Assembly (NCBI GenBank): GCA_964035545.1
Contig: OZ037770.1
Coordinates: forward strand, 5,054,662-5,118,661
DNA from: Bugula neritina
Lineage: Eukaryota; Animalia; Bryozoa
Direction: 5' to 3'
DNA length: 64,000 nucleotides
Shown: one piece after another, positions 49,901-62,863 of the stretch
How positions within the stretch are numbered: position 1 is the first letter of the stretch
How the letters are laid out: each line of letters opens with the position of its first letter
The notes under the pieces: model-generated
Told to the model about the DNA's origin: nothing
The model's database searches: none
The model's input: the letters and a program-made list of their open reading frames with translations, nothing else
Program-made: the position numbers and the translations under genes

Positions 49901-52900
49901 ATTTCCCGACTTCACAAATAAATTTTTAGTCTTCCAATATCTTTTCTGAAATGCTTCCCATAATAGGTTGACTGGGCTTTTCTTCAGAAATCGTTTTATC
50001 AACTCTTTTCATTATATTATAATGATAGCTACTTCTGTACACATAATTGGTATATATTGTAGTAATTTTGGTAATTACTGGTTTTGTGGGCTTCTAGCGA
50101 GCAATATATTTATATTATCTTCCAATAATATCACGGCTTGTAACAGGAATGAATGATTTATTTATACACAATAAAAGTAGTAGCAAAACGATAAATCCGG
50201 TATCACTGGTAAAAATATACATCTATCTTACACTAACTAGCCATCATACTCTGAGTATGGCTGCTATCTACATCCAGCGCCCTCTGCGCATCGCTGGGGC
50301 TCTCATGTGACAGATATATGATTGGCTGGGGAGCGCGTGGGATAACATACTACACTCCCCACTACACTGCCTCTCCCAGCAGGAAGCCCACCTTCCTGAT
50401 AATACCAAAATAAAAAATTAAAATAACAACAAAAAAACAATAAGATATCTGCATCACAAGATCAAAAAATGTATACTTAGGCCAACGGCCTATTAAAAAA
50501 AAAATCTTGTTAAAATATAAAAATTATGTACTATAAAACTAAGAGATTGTATATGTACCAAGAGCCTCTGGTCTGGCACCAAGAGATATGATGTGTAGAG
50601 AGACGGTAAGTGAGGCACAACCTGCGGCGCAGATCAGGAGGACAGCTGGATGGAGTTAGGGACGGGGAAATAGAAAGGGAAGGAGAACGTCATCCACGAC
50701 ACGTGTCGGGGCAATGTGGAGGGTAGACACTCAGTCTTCATCATCCCTCTTGAGCTGGGCCACAGAGTCCCGGAGAGCCTTGAGTTCAGAAGCGGCGGCT
50801 GATATCCTAGGCGCCAACCGCTTGATCTCCCTCTCTCTAGTTCATGCATCCGTTGCTCCATCTCTCTTAGATTTCTAGCAACAGAGGAGTGGCGGTCGGG
50901 GGATGAAGATTGCTAACGCCGGCGTCATCTCTGGGGGATTTCTATCCGTTGTACGACTACTACGGGTACGGTGTTGGAAAAGGGCACAGTGTGAGCAGGG
51001 GGTGACGGGCGAGGTATTGTGAGCTTCCTAAACCCAGGGGATTTGGGGCAGGGTCCTTGGGTAATGGTACGGGGAGCGGGGAATTTTTGGCTCAGCCGTT
51101 TGTAACGTGCAGGGTCTGAAATGAATGGCTTGGTGAGGCCTAGAAAAGTAGAGAAGGAAAGCTTGTTCACATTGTAGAGATGTCCAGTGTGACACTCCAT
51201 AGTCCTCTGGTAACGGAGGATGTAGTCCCTGTGGTAGCTGTACTCCCCACAGGGACAGAAGGTGGTGATGAAATGTTGAGGGATGTGTACTCGGAGGCGG
51301 CGAGGTGTGGTAAAATGCTGTTGACAAAGCCGGCAGGTGGTGCAGTCGTCGTCTCCTTTATTTTGTTGAATCATGTCCTCGGTATGTTGGGTAACCCAGC
51401 TAGACCGGGTTATGAGTATTTCTGGTAGTGTTGTGGAGGTAGGTTCCGTCTCCTAAGCCATCTCCAATGGTGGCATATCATTGTAGTTAGGAGAGCGAGT
51501 GGTACCTGAAAGAGCAGAATTATTGTTGGATCGAATTTGATCTTTACAGCATAATTCTGATGACAATCGACTGTTACTAGTCTGAGAGTCATGCATCTTT
51601 TTGTACGGCACTCGAGAGACTGTGTTTGGATGCCTAGACTGACTGAGAAACATAGTGACATGGCTGGAACTGTTTGCCCCGGGCGCATTAATTCCACCTA
51701 CTACTCCGCCCTCGCAAAAAATGATATTTTCGTGGTGTTTACAACTCCCACGTTTCGCTGCCAGTCTCTCCGTACGGCACTCAGCTTGGCCTTCATATCT
51801 GCCGCTTGTAACACAGTCACATACGAAGTCTTTCAAATATGCTGGGGGTTGCCTAGTACGTTGTCCACTTTCTAAGGGAAGTGGTGTGCTAGTTGGGGGA
51901 GATGGTGTAGTCACTGCTGGTGGGGGTGTACTCACTGGTGGACTTTTATGTTCCGCCGGTGGCGTTTTCGGCCTGCTATTGACTGTTGTATCATTTTCAA
52001 GATCTCCAGATGGAGCCCTCCCCTGGGGGGGTTATGCACTTCCGGAGCTGAAACAGGTTCCGGAAGTGGTGGCGTTAGACTTGGCGCTGGAGGTGGTGGG
52101 CGCACTTTTGGTAACGCAAGTGGCCTTTCCTGCCTCACCAAGTCTTCTGCCCGCGGCATGATCACTTCATACTCTGGTTCAGGTCGCCGCCGCCCGCGCG
52201 TTGCTGTCTGCCTCCTGGGCTCTAACAACGGGGGAGCTTTTCCTGCCGCACCTGGGCTAGTCCAATACGACTTCAAGCGAGCCTCATTTTAGATAGACAC
52301 CTGTCCTGAGCGCTCAAACTTGTAGGTGTGATTGGGCATCACTTCAACTACCGCGTAGGGTCTCACGAACTTAGGCTGTAGCTTAGCCGCCTGTTCTCGA
52401 TGCCTACGGCAGTTGACCATTCAGACCCAGTCTCCAACTTGGTAGAGGGGTGGTTCTTCGGAGTCTTCTTTTTGCACTTGCCACTGCTTTTTCCGCAGTA
52501 TTTCGTGTGCAACCTTCATTTGCTCTACCGATTTGCTGGCATACCCAAATCCCAAACCCCAAATCCTGGGGGGTAACCCAGTCTTCCACAGCTCGTACTC
52601 TTTCAGGATCAGTCGCCACGCCATGACGGCCGACGTGGTGCCCCAGGTACTTCACCTCCAGCTGCAAGAGAGCGCTCTTGGAAGGTTTGAGCTTCAGGCC
52701 GGCACCTCTGAGTCATTCGAACATCTCCTGCATATGACTGACGTGTGTCTGGAAATCCGGGAAAATCACAATGACAACATCGAGGTAGACTAGCAGTGTC
52801 TCCCAGTGGAGCCCACTGAGGACCTGTTCCATGAGCCTCTGAAACGTGGCGGGGGCGGAGGTCAACCCAAAGGGTAGTACTTTCCACTTCCACAGTCCGT

Positions 52901-55900
52901 TCCATGTGATGAACGCCGTCTTCTCCTGGGCGTCGGGAGTCAGAGGGACCTGCCAATAACCGCTCAGCAAGTTTAGTGTGCTAAAGTACTTGCTGCCGGC
53001 CAGGGCGTCCAGAGATTCATCAATCCGAGGTAGAGGGTAGGCGTCCTGTATGCTTACGCTATTTAGTTTGCGGTAATCCACACAGAACCACCAACTGCCG
53101 TTTTTCTTCCGGACCAGGACGACCGGCGAGCTCCACGCACTATGTGCTGGCTCTATGAGGCCGCGGTCCAAAAGATCCCGGACTTGTCGGCTGACCTCCT
53201 TTTCTTCATTAGTAAAAAATCACTTAGTAGATTATATAGTATGTTTGATTTAGGTAATTCAAGTTCTACTTTTATTTATTTTGAAATAAAAGATCTGCTT
53301 TTATATTGTAAACCAAAGAAGACAAAAAAAATTATTAAATATTGCAACTTTGTTTTTTTTTCATGCTCTTTTTTGGTTATCTATCTCCAATTCTCAGTGT
53401 AATAGAAACCAATTTTTATCCTATTCTTGTTCTTAAACAGCCTGTTAATATATTGTTTCATAATTACTTTACAATTCTAAATTTTGAATTAACTTGCCTT
53501 TAAAAATGTAACGTGTTCCTGCAAGATGATGACTTTCCAGAATTTTATTCTCTCGTAGTGAAATAATTCACAACTTCTATTTCCTGTCTAGAAACTATAA
53601 TACATTTATTAGAGCAATTAGTGAGAGGTTGTGGCAGAAGTATTTTATTCTACTTGAAATTACTTTAATGGCTTGTGTAGATGTTTCAGAGCTCTACTGT
53701 GTTCCTATTTGATGATAAATTGCATGTATTATGACACATATAAAACAATATTCCTTATAATTATAACATCCATATAGTAGAATATCAGTGTGAGTAGTTA
53801 CTCAGTGATCAGAAATGTCAGAAGTATTTTATTTTCACTTGACATAACTTTAATGCCTTATGCAGAATATGCCACAAAGCTGTAGCCTACCATGTTCATG
53901 TTTGCTGATAACTGTGTTATGGCACATACTAGGAATTTTCTACTCTGTAGTATAAAATATTACTCTCTCTAGTAGAACAGCAGTGTGAACAGTTACTCAG
54001 TTATCTGCCATATAGAAAAAGATGATAGTATTACATGTAGGTTGTTGTTTTTTATGACAGTACTTAGTACAGATGTAGCACTTTTCTTACCAAATATATA
54101 CTTACAATTATACTGTTATATTATATATCTTTATAAAATAATTAAAATGTTATGCATCGTATATATATAATATGGTACTTGTACATAATTGTAACTTAGA
54201 AATACTTGTTTTCTTTCCTTAATTAATGTACTAATTCAAAGTATTGTATATAAACTTGTTATAGTAACTGCCACTTGGTACTATATTATGTGTAATAATT
54301 GTTATACTAATATTGGGTATCTTTATGAAAACTATTATATCATTTACCTGTATAGCTAGGTCTAATAATAGAAATATTATATATTATTAGAATACAGAGA
54401 TTAAAGAAGTTACAGAAACTCACAATTTCAGAGAATAATTTCACCAGTCTACCTTCTTCAGTATGTGCATTGATTAATCTGCACACACTGGATATATCCA
54501 GCAACAGATCCATGACATCTTTGAACCCTGAGATACTACAGCTAACACATCTTGGATCCTTCGATACAGATGGATGTGATGCTCTTACATCTCCTCCACA
54601 AGAAGTCTGTGAGAGAGGACTGGAGTCTGTGCGACAATACTACACAGACTTGGCTAAAGGTGCAGGTAGAAATCTTCCATTTGCTACAATAGTGGTGTTG
54701 GGGAACACCATGGCAGGTAAAACCAGCCTAATCAAAACATTACAGAGCACTGACAGGAAGAGAGTTCTGACTGACAGAAGTCCTAATGCAGAGCATGATG
54801 AGACCACAAAGGTGTTTAATGTGGAAGAGGTGGAAGTGAATGGTACAACTCTTCGTCTCATAGATATGGGAGGCCAAGAGGTCTACCATATCACATACCA
54901 TTTGACACTAAGACAGAATTGTGTACCAGTAGTTGTAGTCAACATGGAGCAGTATGATCAGATTTCGAAAATGTCTACAGACAGAGAGGCTGTGAGAAAG
55001 TTGGCCTTTGACTTCATGTCTCACCTCTATCTCGCTCATCCATTTCTTGGCCCACCTAAGCTTGTCTTCACACACAAAGATAAGTTTCCGAGTGAAGTTT
55101 TTCAACAGCTTCGAAGAAATCTTCTTGAAGTGTCTGAGCAGTTTTGCAAAAATATTCTTGAAGAAGAGAAAGGTTTAGAAGGTGACTTTGCTCGAATTCA
55201 ACATTTCACTCAATCAAACGGAAAAGTGTTCTCCGACGACAACATATATGAAGTTGGAAAATTTGACGAGTACAAGATATTTGAATCGATTAAAAAATCT
55301 CTTCTTCAAAGTTGCCGACACTTTATCAAACCCCTTCCAAAAGTCTGGGAGGATGTCAACACAAAAGTGTTGTCCTTGCAGTCCGCACACAATACCTTTG
55401 ATGAAATCCTGGCAGAGATAAAGAAAGAACGGAATGATATTGATAGAAACCAATTGGATACCATCATCATGTACATGCATGATTGTGGAAAAGTTCTCTG
55501 GTATAAGAATGTTGATGCACTCAGGCCATACATATTTCACAAGATTACAGAAGTTACCAAACTGCTGTGTGTCTTGTATCACCATGATCCAAACATCTGG
55601 CAGAGCAGAGTAGATCAGTTCAAACCATATTTATCAAGAGGAGTGAGAATTGAGAAGCAGGACTTTGAAGAGTCTGTGAACTACTTCCAAGCAACTGGCC
55701 TAATGATGCAATCCCTTCTTGAATATCTGATAGCTCAGGAAACTTTATTTAGAAATCCGGGTGATGTTGAAATTGGGCTTTGTTTGCTCAGCACGTTCCG
55801 TTTGTTGTATGGCCCTAGGAATGATGAATCCTATGATTCCTACTTCATAATCCCTCAGTTTGCCAAAGAATCCTACAGCCTCTCCTACACTCAACAAAAG

Positions 55901-58900
55901 GAGTTACTGCTTCATACTGAGACTCAGTTTAATGGTCTGGCGTTACCGCAGCATGTCTACCATCAAATGACTGTTGGTTTGTTAGAGATGTTTTCTAAAG
56001 AGTTTGCTACAATGCAAGTGAAGAGGAATGGTGCTAACGTCTACCAAGATGAAATATACACACAACTGGTACACGATTACGCATTGAGAAGAGTTTTACT
56101 CTACGTTTCATCTGATGCGTCCAACATTTCCAGAATGTGGGAGAATCTCATTTCGGTCAACAACAACATCCTCAGACATGTTATGGAGACTTGGACTGCT
56201 AGTCGACCAGTCACTGCCTGCATTTGTGCTCACTGCTTGCTACTTGGGGTTTCCTGTCCTAAAAAACTCTTTCACCCCAAATGGTGTCTTCGATCCTTAA
56301 AAAACCTGCTGCCACCTAATGTCAAGAAGTGTGGTGGAGCTTCAAAGATGTTATGTAATGGAGAGGAGGTCCCTAGCGCTTTAATCCACCCATGTATGTT
56401 CACTCATAAAATTGAATTTCAACAGAAATATTTTCAATAATTGTTTCAACAGATAAATATTTACTACTTTGTGTTGCAAAAAACTTTTAGTAAAAATTTT
56501 GAGCAATTAGTTGAATATTTTGTCTTAATTATAAAATCGCAACTTAAAAGCATGAGCTCCTATTCACATGTCATTATCTCGTAAATTAAATTCTTTAAGG
56601 TTTAGTAATACAAATCTTGTTTGTTCTATTCAGGTGAGAAATTGTCAGAAACAGAATCAAATAAGTTGAAGAAGCTAGTTGCTGAGCTCAAACTGCGAGG
56701 AGATCAGAACAATTCAACTGGTAAATTTTTTTAGACTGAACTTGATGTGGGTCATTTTACTTAATTTAGTACAGGAGTATGACCTGTGTCATGAACACAC
56801 CTAAATAATCAAACCTACTCCTAATTTTGCTTGATTTCCCATGTTTTTTCCTAATTATTCAGCTACTTTTGACTGCAGACTGTCATGAAAAAACCATATT
56901 TCTCTGAAATCAAAAGTAGCTGAATAATTAGGAAAAAATATGGGAAATTAAGCAAAATTTAGAAGAACCTTGATTTTTTAGGTGTGTTCATTTAAGCTTT
57001 ACTACTTTTGGGCAAAACTCATGTTCATTAGCAGCTAAAATGTAAAAAAATAGCTAAAAACAAGTGTGTTCATCACTTTTGGGCAAAAACTTATGTTAAT
57101 TAGCAGTTAAATTGTAAAAAATAGCTAAAAACTGGAGATTTCCAGTGTGCACTAAATTAAGTAAAATGACCTATGTGTACAGCCACCACTTGATAAAACT
57201 CCTTGTTTTGCAAAGCTGGCCATACATGTAGATATCTAAGAGCTTTTTTATGCATGCGTTCATTGTAATCCATTGCTTTTTGCTGCTAGTGGTTGAGAAA
57301 AATTTTAATTGTATGGCTTTTAAATGATGAAAAAAATCAACTGTTCACATGACTGTCTAGAAATATTAGCTGATGATCTGAGTGATCTCTCTGAAGATGA
57401 TGACAATCTGTACCTTGATGGAGAGAATGGAGAAGGCCTGAAGCTGATACAACTTGAATTGAAGCCAACCACCAACCCAAAGATAAAGCAGCTGTTCTCA
57501 GATACTGACAAGGTGAATGTATCAGTTGATGAATATATTATGTCTATAGACTCTCTTTACTAGATAATCATGACTATAGTCGTTCAATTACTTTTAGAAA
57601 AAGTTCAGTCTGAACGCAATTTTTCCATTTACTTCAGTTAACTTTTAATTTTTAGCCATGTCTGTTTTTGGGCTGTGTCTGTTTGGTTAAGGTTTAATCT
57701 GTTGTCACACGGTTAGGAAATATTTGTAGTGTCGAGATTTCTGGCCCCTTTGATGTATTGATTTGTGCACCTGCATGCATGGTTGAATATTTTCTGCAAC
57801 ATATTCTGATTTTTTTGTGAAGAGTAGCAGTAGTATATAAACATTATTCCAAAAGATATTAAAGGTCAGATGTAAATAAAGACTAAAAGAGAGGTAGAGA
57901 GGTCCGTGGTGTCCTTAAGAAATAAACTGGATGTAGTGTTAAGATCGCCTATAAGTCTCTGTGGGATAATCTCAGTGGGACAAAATTGTTTTTCGCCTGG
58001 AACCTTAAACTTTTCTGTACCTTCACCATAGTTTGCTATTGCATTCTATGGTATCTTTAAAGTTAGTAAATACTTTGTTGAAGAGGTTTGGCTTTTGAAG
58101 TTTAGTTCACATATAATGGTTTAAATGTCAAAATTGATGGTATCTTGTCAGTATGGCCATGCATTGTCATTATTTACTTCCATAGCTTTACCAATTTATA
58201 TACTTGATTTAGAAAAATGTAGGATTATTTACAAGCTATTATCAACAAATCAGAATTAATATACTTGTAGCCTGCTATTGTTTTTTAAACCATACCTCAA
58301 GGATATTTTTTTATGCTTAACCGACTACCAAATGCAATGAACTATTTCGTTAGTAAAATTATCATTCGGTCTGATACATTGAAATTAATTTTATTCTAGT
58401 TTATGCTACCCAATTGGCTAATAAAATAAAATCTAAAATACAAAAAGCAATTGAGATATGAAATGTTTTTTTTCAAAAGTATGTTTGACTGGTTTTTTAC
58501 AAGACTTAAAAATTTAAGACCTGTTTGGAGTTTGAGAATTACTACTGTATGCAATCCTCTAACTATCTTTTTATCCAGGTGTTCAGTATGACCAGAAAGA
58601 GAGAAAAAGCTCTGATAATAAACAACAAGCATTTTGTTGAAAGACCAGACTTATGCAGGAAAGGTTCAGATGCTGATGTTGAAAACATGTCTGTCATGTT
58701 GAAATCTCTCAAGTTTGATGTTGAGACACACACAGACCTGACAGCAGAGGTATGTTGTTATGGTGGAAGTAATACGAGCACTATTTAACCATAACACCTT
58801 GCAAATTGATACAATGTTGCACTGTAACTGTTCAGTCTATTAATGCTTGAAAATTAGGACTGTATGGAAAACCAAAAGCATGTTTGCTGCTGGTCACAAT

Positions 58901-60531
58901 TTTGTTTTTTTGCAGGTTCAGAAATTATTATTTTATTCAGTCATCGTAACTTTGTATCGATTATTAAACATCGCTATTTTCAAACTTGTAGGAAATGCTG
59001 TCTGCTGTGAAGTCTGAGATAAGAAGAAAAAAAAGGAATGGCTTGGGCTGTCAAATACTGGTTATTATGACTCATGGTGGAGAAGATAACTGCATCTATG
59101 GAACTGACCTTGAGCAGGTCAACCTTACAGACTTCTATGATTTTCTCGCTCCTCTGAGTCTGAAGCCTAAACCTACAGTTGTCATCCTACAAGCTTGCAG
59201 TGGAGGTAATTACATTTTTGTATAGAAAACTTTCATTTTTAGTCAAGTAGTGAAAATAATACAGAGACCCTTGAAAAGTTTTTTCTGTACTGATCAAATT
59301 TCTTTTTTACTCATCACGGTGCAAGTTTGAATGCGTTTGTTTTTCTTGCAGCAAACATTGATGTTAATCGAGGCAGATCAGATCTTGCAGCAGCTCAAGA
59401 AGAAGAAACTGAAGCTGTCTCTTCTACACATTCTGAAGCTGATTATGATGATATTGTATATCCTGAAACACCCAGTGTGATAAGACCCATCAGACCTGTC
59501 TCACCACCAGAATATAGAGTAGAAGAACATATGACAAGACTGGATATTGATAATCTTCTTGTTCTGAAGAGTAACGTCTGCTGTAAGTATAATAAGAGAC
59601 AGTGATAGGCTGATATTTCTAAACTGTTGTACTTTGTCACCTATCTAAAAATTGTTCTTTGCCGTTTTCTTGCGTTACTTCCACATTTTTAATCTTGTTG
59701 ATTTGATAAGCTTCTAAACTGAGGTGACTAAAATGTTTTCTAGAACTTTGAGATTTAAATTGTGTTACAGTTTAGCTTAAAACATCTTATACTTTGTCTG
59801 ACTAGACCATGATTTTGGCTGCATTTAATATTATTATAGCATCAAAGAGACATCCTGAGTATGGATCTCCCATGATTAGAGTCCTAGTATCTTCAATCTA
59901 CAAACATGCCTGTCACCGTGATCTCCACACCATCTTTCAGCAGGTAAGTTGAAAGCTCAAAAGTGTTTTTGCTATTTTAACTTTTATTCAAGAAATAATT
60001 TCTCATCATGGCATCTCTTCCATCTCCATGTTCAAACCATTATGTCATTTGAAAGAAACAATTTAAACTGTTCTGAGTACAAGAGAAAGTCATTCAATGT
60101 TTTACTTGTTTAAATTGTAGAGTTTAGTTTCTGTTGTTTCAATTTCTTTAGAGTAATGGCTCAGTACTATATTGATAGTTTCTCTCCTTTTATAATAATA
60201 TGTTCTTGTAGTCTGCTATAACAACTAGTTTAATTTATTAAATGACATGACTGTAGTGGACAACTCCTAAAGTTTTACTACTCAGGATTGTTAAAGTATA
60301 TTCTAACAGCTGGGAGTTGTACCTTATTTCTTCTAGTAGTGAATTGATAAACAATCTTACTAGTTCTTACTTACTCTACAGGTACAGACTAAATTAGTGA
60401 AGAAACTCTATGCAGATGAAGATTCAGAAAGAAGCAGAAATTTGGTTGTAATCTGGAAGACTCTTCCTCCCCGTAAAAGACTTTACCTGTTTCCTGGCTT
60501 TGATGGGTTGAGTGAAGAGGCCAAATCCTAA
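43952..60531 (+). CDS. LRR-Roc-COR-caspase gene copy B, complete, about 1486 aa. Exons 43952-43964, 44436-44667, eight LRR exons, 54391-56393, 56634-56720, 57361-57512, 58579-58749, 58992-59205, 59352-59582, 59840-59943, 60382-60531
   Basis: Kozak aaccATGg; all junctions GT-AG and phase-compatible; summed CDS 4461 nt with no internal stop seen; Roc GNTMAGKTS/DMGG/THKD; caspase MTHG/QACSG; AATAAA at 61097. Confidence 0.85.
45582..45719 (+). CDS. LRR exon 1 (138 bp, phase 2-2): LCQLTQLEKLNLSGNPLKTVPEVVSLLTSLKELYMWSCDLSTLPE
   Basis: cag| ... AG|gtttgt; two 23-aa LRRs. Confidence 0.9.
46145..46282 (+). CDS. LRR exon 2 (NIGYN / DMWNC)
   Basis: Same 138-bp structure. Confidence 0.9.
46713..46850 (+). 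CDS. LRR exon 3 (YMGWN / DMWSC)
   Basis: Same 138-bp structure. Confidence 0.9.
47293..47430 (+). CDS. LRR exon 4 (DIRWN / NMKHC)
   Basis: Same structure; within ORF 47237-47488. Confidence 0.9.
47874..48011 (+). CDS. LRR exon 5 (YIEKN / DMRNC)
   Basis: Same 138-bp structure. Confidence 0.9.
48432..48569 (+). CDS. LRR exon 6 (DIEGN / NMGRC)
   Basis: Same 138-bp structure. Confidence 0.9.
49012..49149 (+). CDS. LRR exon 7 (NIGDN / DMESC)
   Basis: Same 138-bp structure. Confidence 0.9.
49590..49727 (+). CDS. LRR exon 8 (NIARN / NMGKC)
   Basis: Same 138-bp structure. Confidence 0.9.
50058..53207 (-). mobile_element. Gypsy LTR retrotransposon 3, 5'-truncated and internally deleted, intronic antisense
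   Basis: RT 53171-52713 (WSSPVVLV, CVDYRKLN, PFGL), integrase C-terminus, zinc-finger ORF 51374-50925, PPT, 3' LTR about 50366-50058 (TGTAGT...ACTACA). Confidence 0.88.
54391..56393 (+). CDS. Copy B large exon: last LRRs + Roc GTPase + COR
   Basis: ORF 54470-56440; 2003 nt, same length as in copy A. Confidence 0.92.
58579..60531 (+). CDS. Copy B caspase (peptidase C14A) exons
   Basis: VFSMTRKREKALIINN, CRKGSDAD, MTHG, QACSG, SKRHPEYGS, LYLFPG. Confidence 0.88.
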
Positions 60532-61319
60532 CTCAATACATGACTCTATTTGTAATTTGCACAACACTCAGTTTAAGTTTGACTAAAATTCCGTGACCAT
60601 TAAACCTAAGCAGATAGTGAGTTTGTGTGAATGGGTAATGATTACTTGACAGTCAAATTATCTATCAAAGATTTTTAACTTTTGTATCTTATTCTGAGTA
60701 TAAAGCTATATACTGATAACATTTACTTTGGCAAATTAGCTTGTGATGTCTTTTTTTAATAAATAATCATATTATATGATATAAGCTGTACTGCCATATT
60801 ACAGGAATGATAAAAACAGCTCATTTGTGATTTTGTATGTTCTGCCTATATAGGTTACTATGTTATAGCATAATTAGTATAATATGGTTGCAGTTGATTT
60901 TATGTCCTGTAAAACATTAACCAATCCTGCTTATATGGTTTTTACTCAGCCAAATTTGTTATCATTTATATTTTGATGTGACACTAAGCACTGACTATGT
61001 TGTTTCATCCACATGTTCTAACTGCTATGCTAACATTATTATCATAATTGCAGTAGCTTGCTAGTATATATCGAAGTTTGCTTTTTATATTTTATCAATA
61101 AATTTATTCAAATATTTTATGTGAAAATTGTTTGCTGATATGATTTCAAGGTCTGAATATTTCACTTCAATAATCTGTGACTAAAGAAACACGTCCATTA
61201 TCTACAAATAATAGTCATGAAATCCGTCATTTTCTTATCTGCATCTGCAAACCAATCAATTATCAAATAACCTAATGAAATTATTTTTTATTGAATGCTA
61301 TTCAGACATTATGTGCAGG

Positions 61320-62343
61320 TGGGGCTCATTAGTCTGTGAAGACAGCTCATTTCTGAGAAGAAACGTTCTGATCTCAAACCTCTGCTGCCTTGCAGCAATA
61401 CCTAATCAAGGGAAAGACTTGGGGAGTAAACCCCAGGGATAAATCAGGTGCTGGAGCCCAAAGGCATTTCCTGGTTATTTATAACCTCGACCTGGCAGCT
61501 TCTACGGCGATCCTGGTGCCGAGCCATAATAGCCCTGCTGTTCCTTTGGGTACGCCAGTGACGTAGAGAGTTGGAACATGCTACATGAACAACAGCCTGT
61601 ACTTCATATAATCAATACCCAGGTATACACCCGCACACCATCTCCCTGAAGAGAACACTCCATCTTTGCCTTTTGTGTAGACACAACACTGGGAGCAGGA
61701 GATACCGGTTATAAGATGTCTCTCAATTGGTGTAGAGCAAAGCACCGGGGAAGGGGGGGTTTCAACAGTAGGAGAGGCTTTTATATCTCACTGGAAAGTA
61801 CCGCTGACTATAAGCTGGCCAGCTCCAAGCCAGTTAGGTGCTGTTCTGCTACAGTCTTCTTTCCTTATTGTGTGCCGGAGAAATAGGGGACAGCCAAACA
61901 GCAGGCCGCAATCTTTGTACCAGGCAACAAAAAACTGAAACTAAGAGACCAGCTTCTAAATTGGGATGTTTTGAACATCCGTACTTTGCTCAACGATTTA
62001 TTCACCAATTTACAGGACATCAGGGACACCTGAAAAACCACCATTATGAATGGCGAACTCAAAAGAGTAAGCAACGACATTAATACTACCCTTCAAGAAA
62101 CCTGGTTAGGTGGTTGTGGCACTCTAAAAGAAAAGCACTATACATTTTACCGGCAGAAAAAGAGTTCTAATCAGCCAAGAGTAGACGGAGTTGGCTTTGC
62201 ATTGAGGAACAGCCTCTTGAGTATGGTAGAACCATGTAGTAACAGCTTAGAGCAACTCTTGACACTTCATTTAGACACCACCAGTGGCCCTGTCAACCTT
62301 GTCACTGTATGTGCTTCGACACTATCCGCCACACAGGACGCCA
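61320..62343 (+). mobile_element. RTE LINE 5' remnant (same insertion as 8281-11605)
   Basis: LQETWL, YTFY, GVGFALRNSL, TTSGPVNLV; shares 5' UTR sequence with copy A. Confidence 0.8.
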
Positions 62344-62863
62344 TATATATTTATATATCAACTAACTAGTCTACACTCTGTAGATATATAACTGAATGAA
62401 CATCTAATTGAGAATCACAATACTATAACTTGCATCTTCAGTCAACACTTTTTGTTTAAAATATTATAATGCTCCTCACTAATACAGACTGATATGCATG
62501 ATTGAATAACGATTTAGCAGACATTAAATGTTTCTTTGAAGAATAAAATCCCTAGGTGGTATAAATTAGCAAATATTATTAAACTAGCTTTGATATCGAT
62601 GAAATTATATATATATATTTCAATGTATAATAATGTTTGTGAGAATTGGTGAAAAAATACATAACGTGCCACTTTCTTGCAAAAATATAAATAGTTATTG
62701 CAGACAAAAAATGGATTCCAGTGCATATAAAAAATATGTATATAGATCTTGTATATGCTTCGTATTTTCATAAATGATAATATGCTGCACTATGTGTCCA
62801 ATACCAAAATATGAACGTGGTCAAACAATAACAGAGTGTTCTAAGAAAAACATTCTTAACTTT

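Larger units (their letters stand above)
45250..50057 (+). repeat. Tandem exon+intron repeat array, period about 560-580 bp
   Basis: Introns are duplicated along with exons and fall into three recognisable types. Confidence 0.9.

Noticed and set aside
53500-54010. Degenerate repeats of about 180 bp in the intron before the Roc exon
   Set aside because: No splice sites or LRR coding potential seen; too decayed to interpret.
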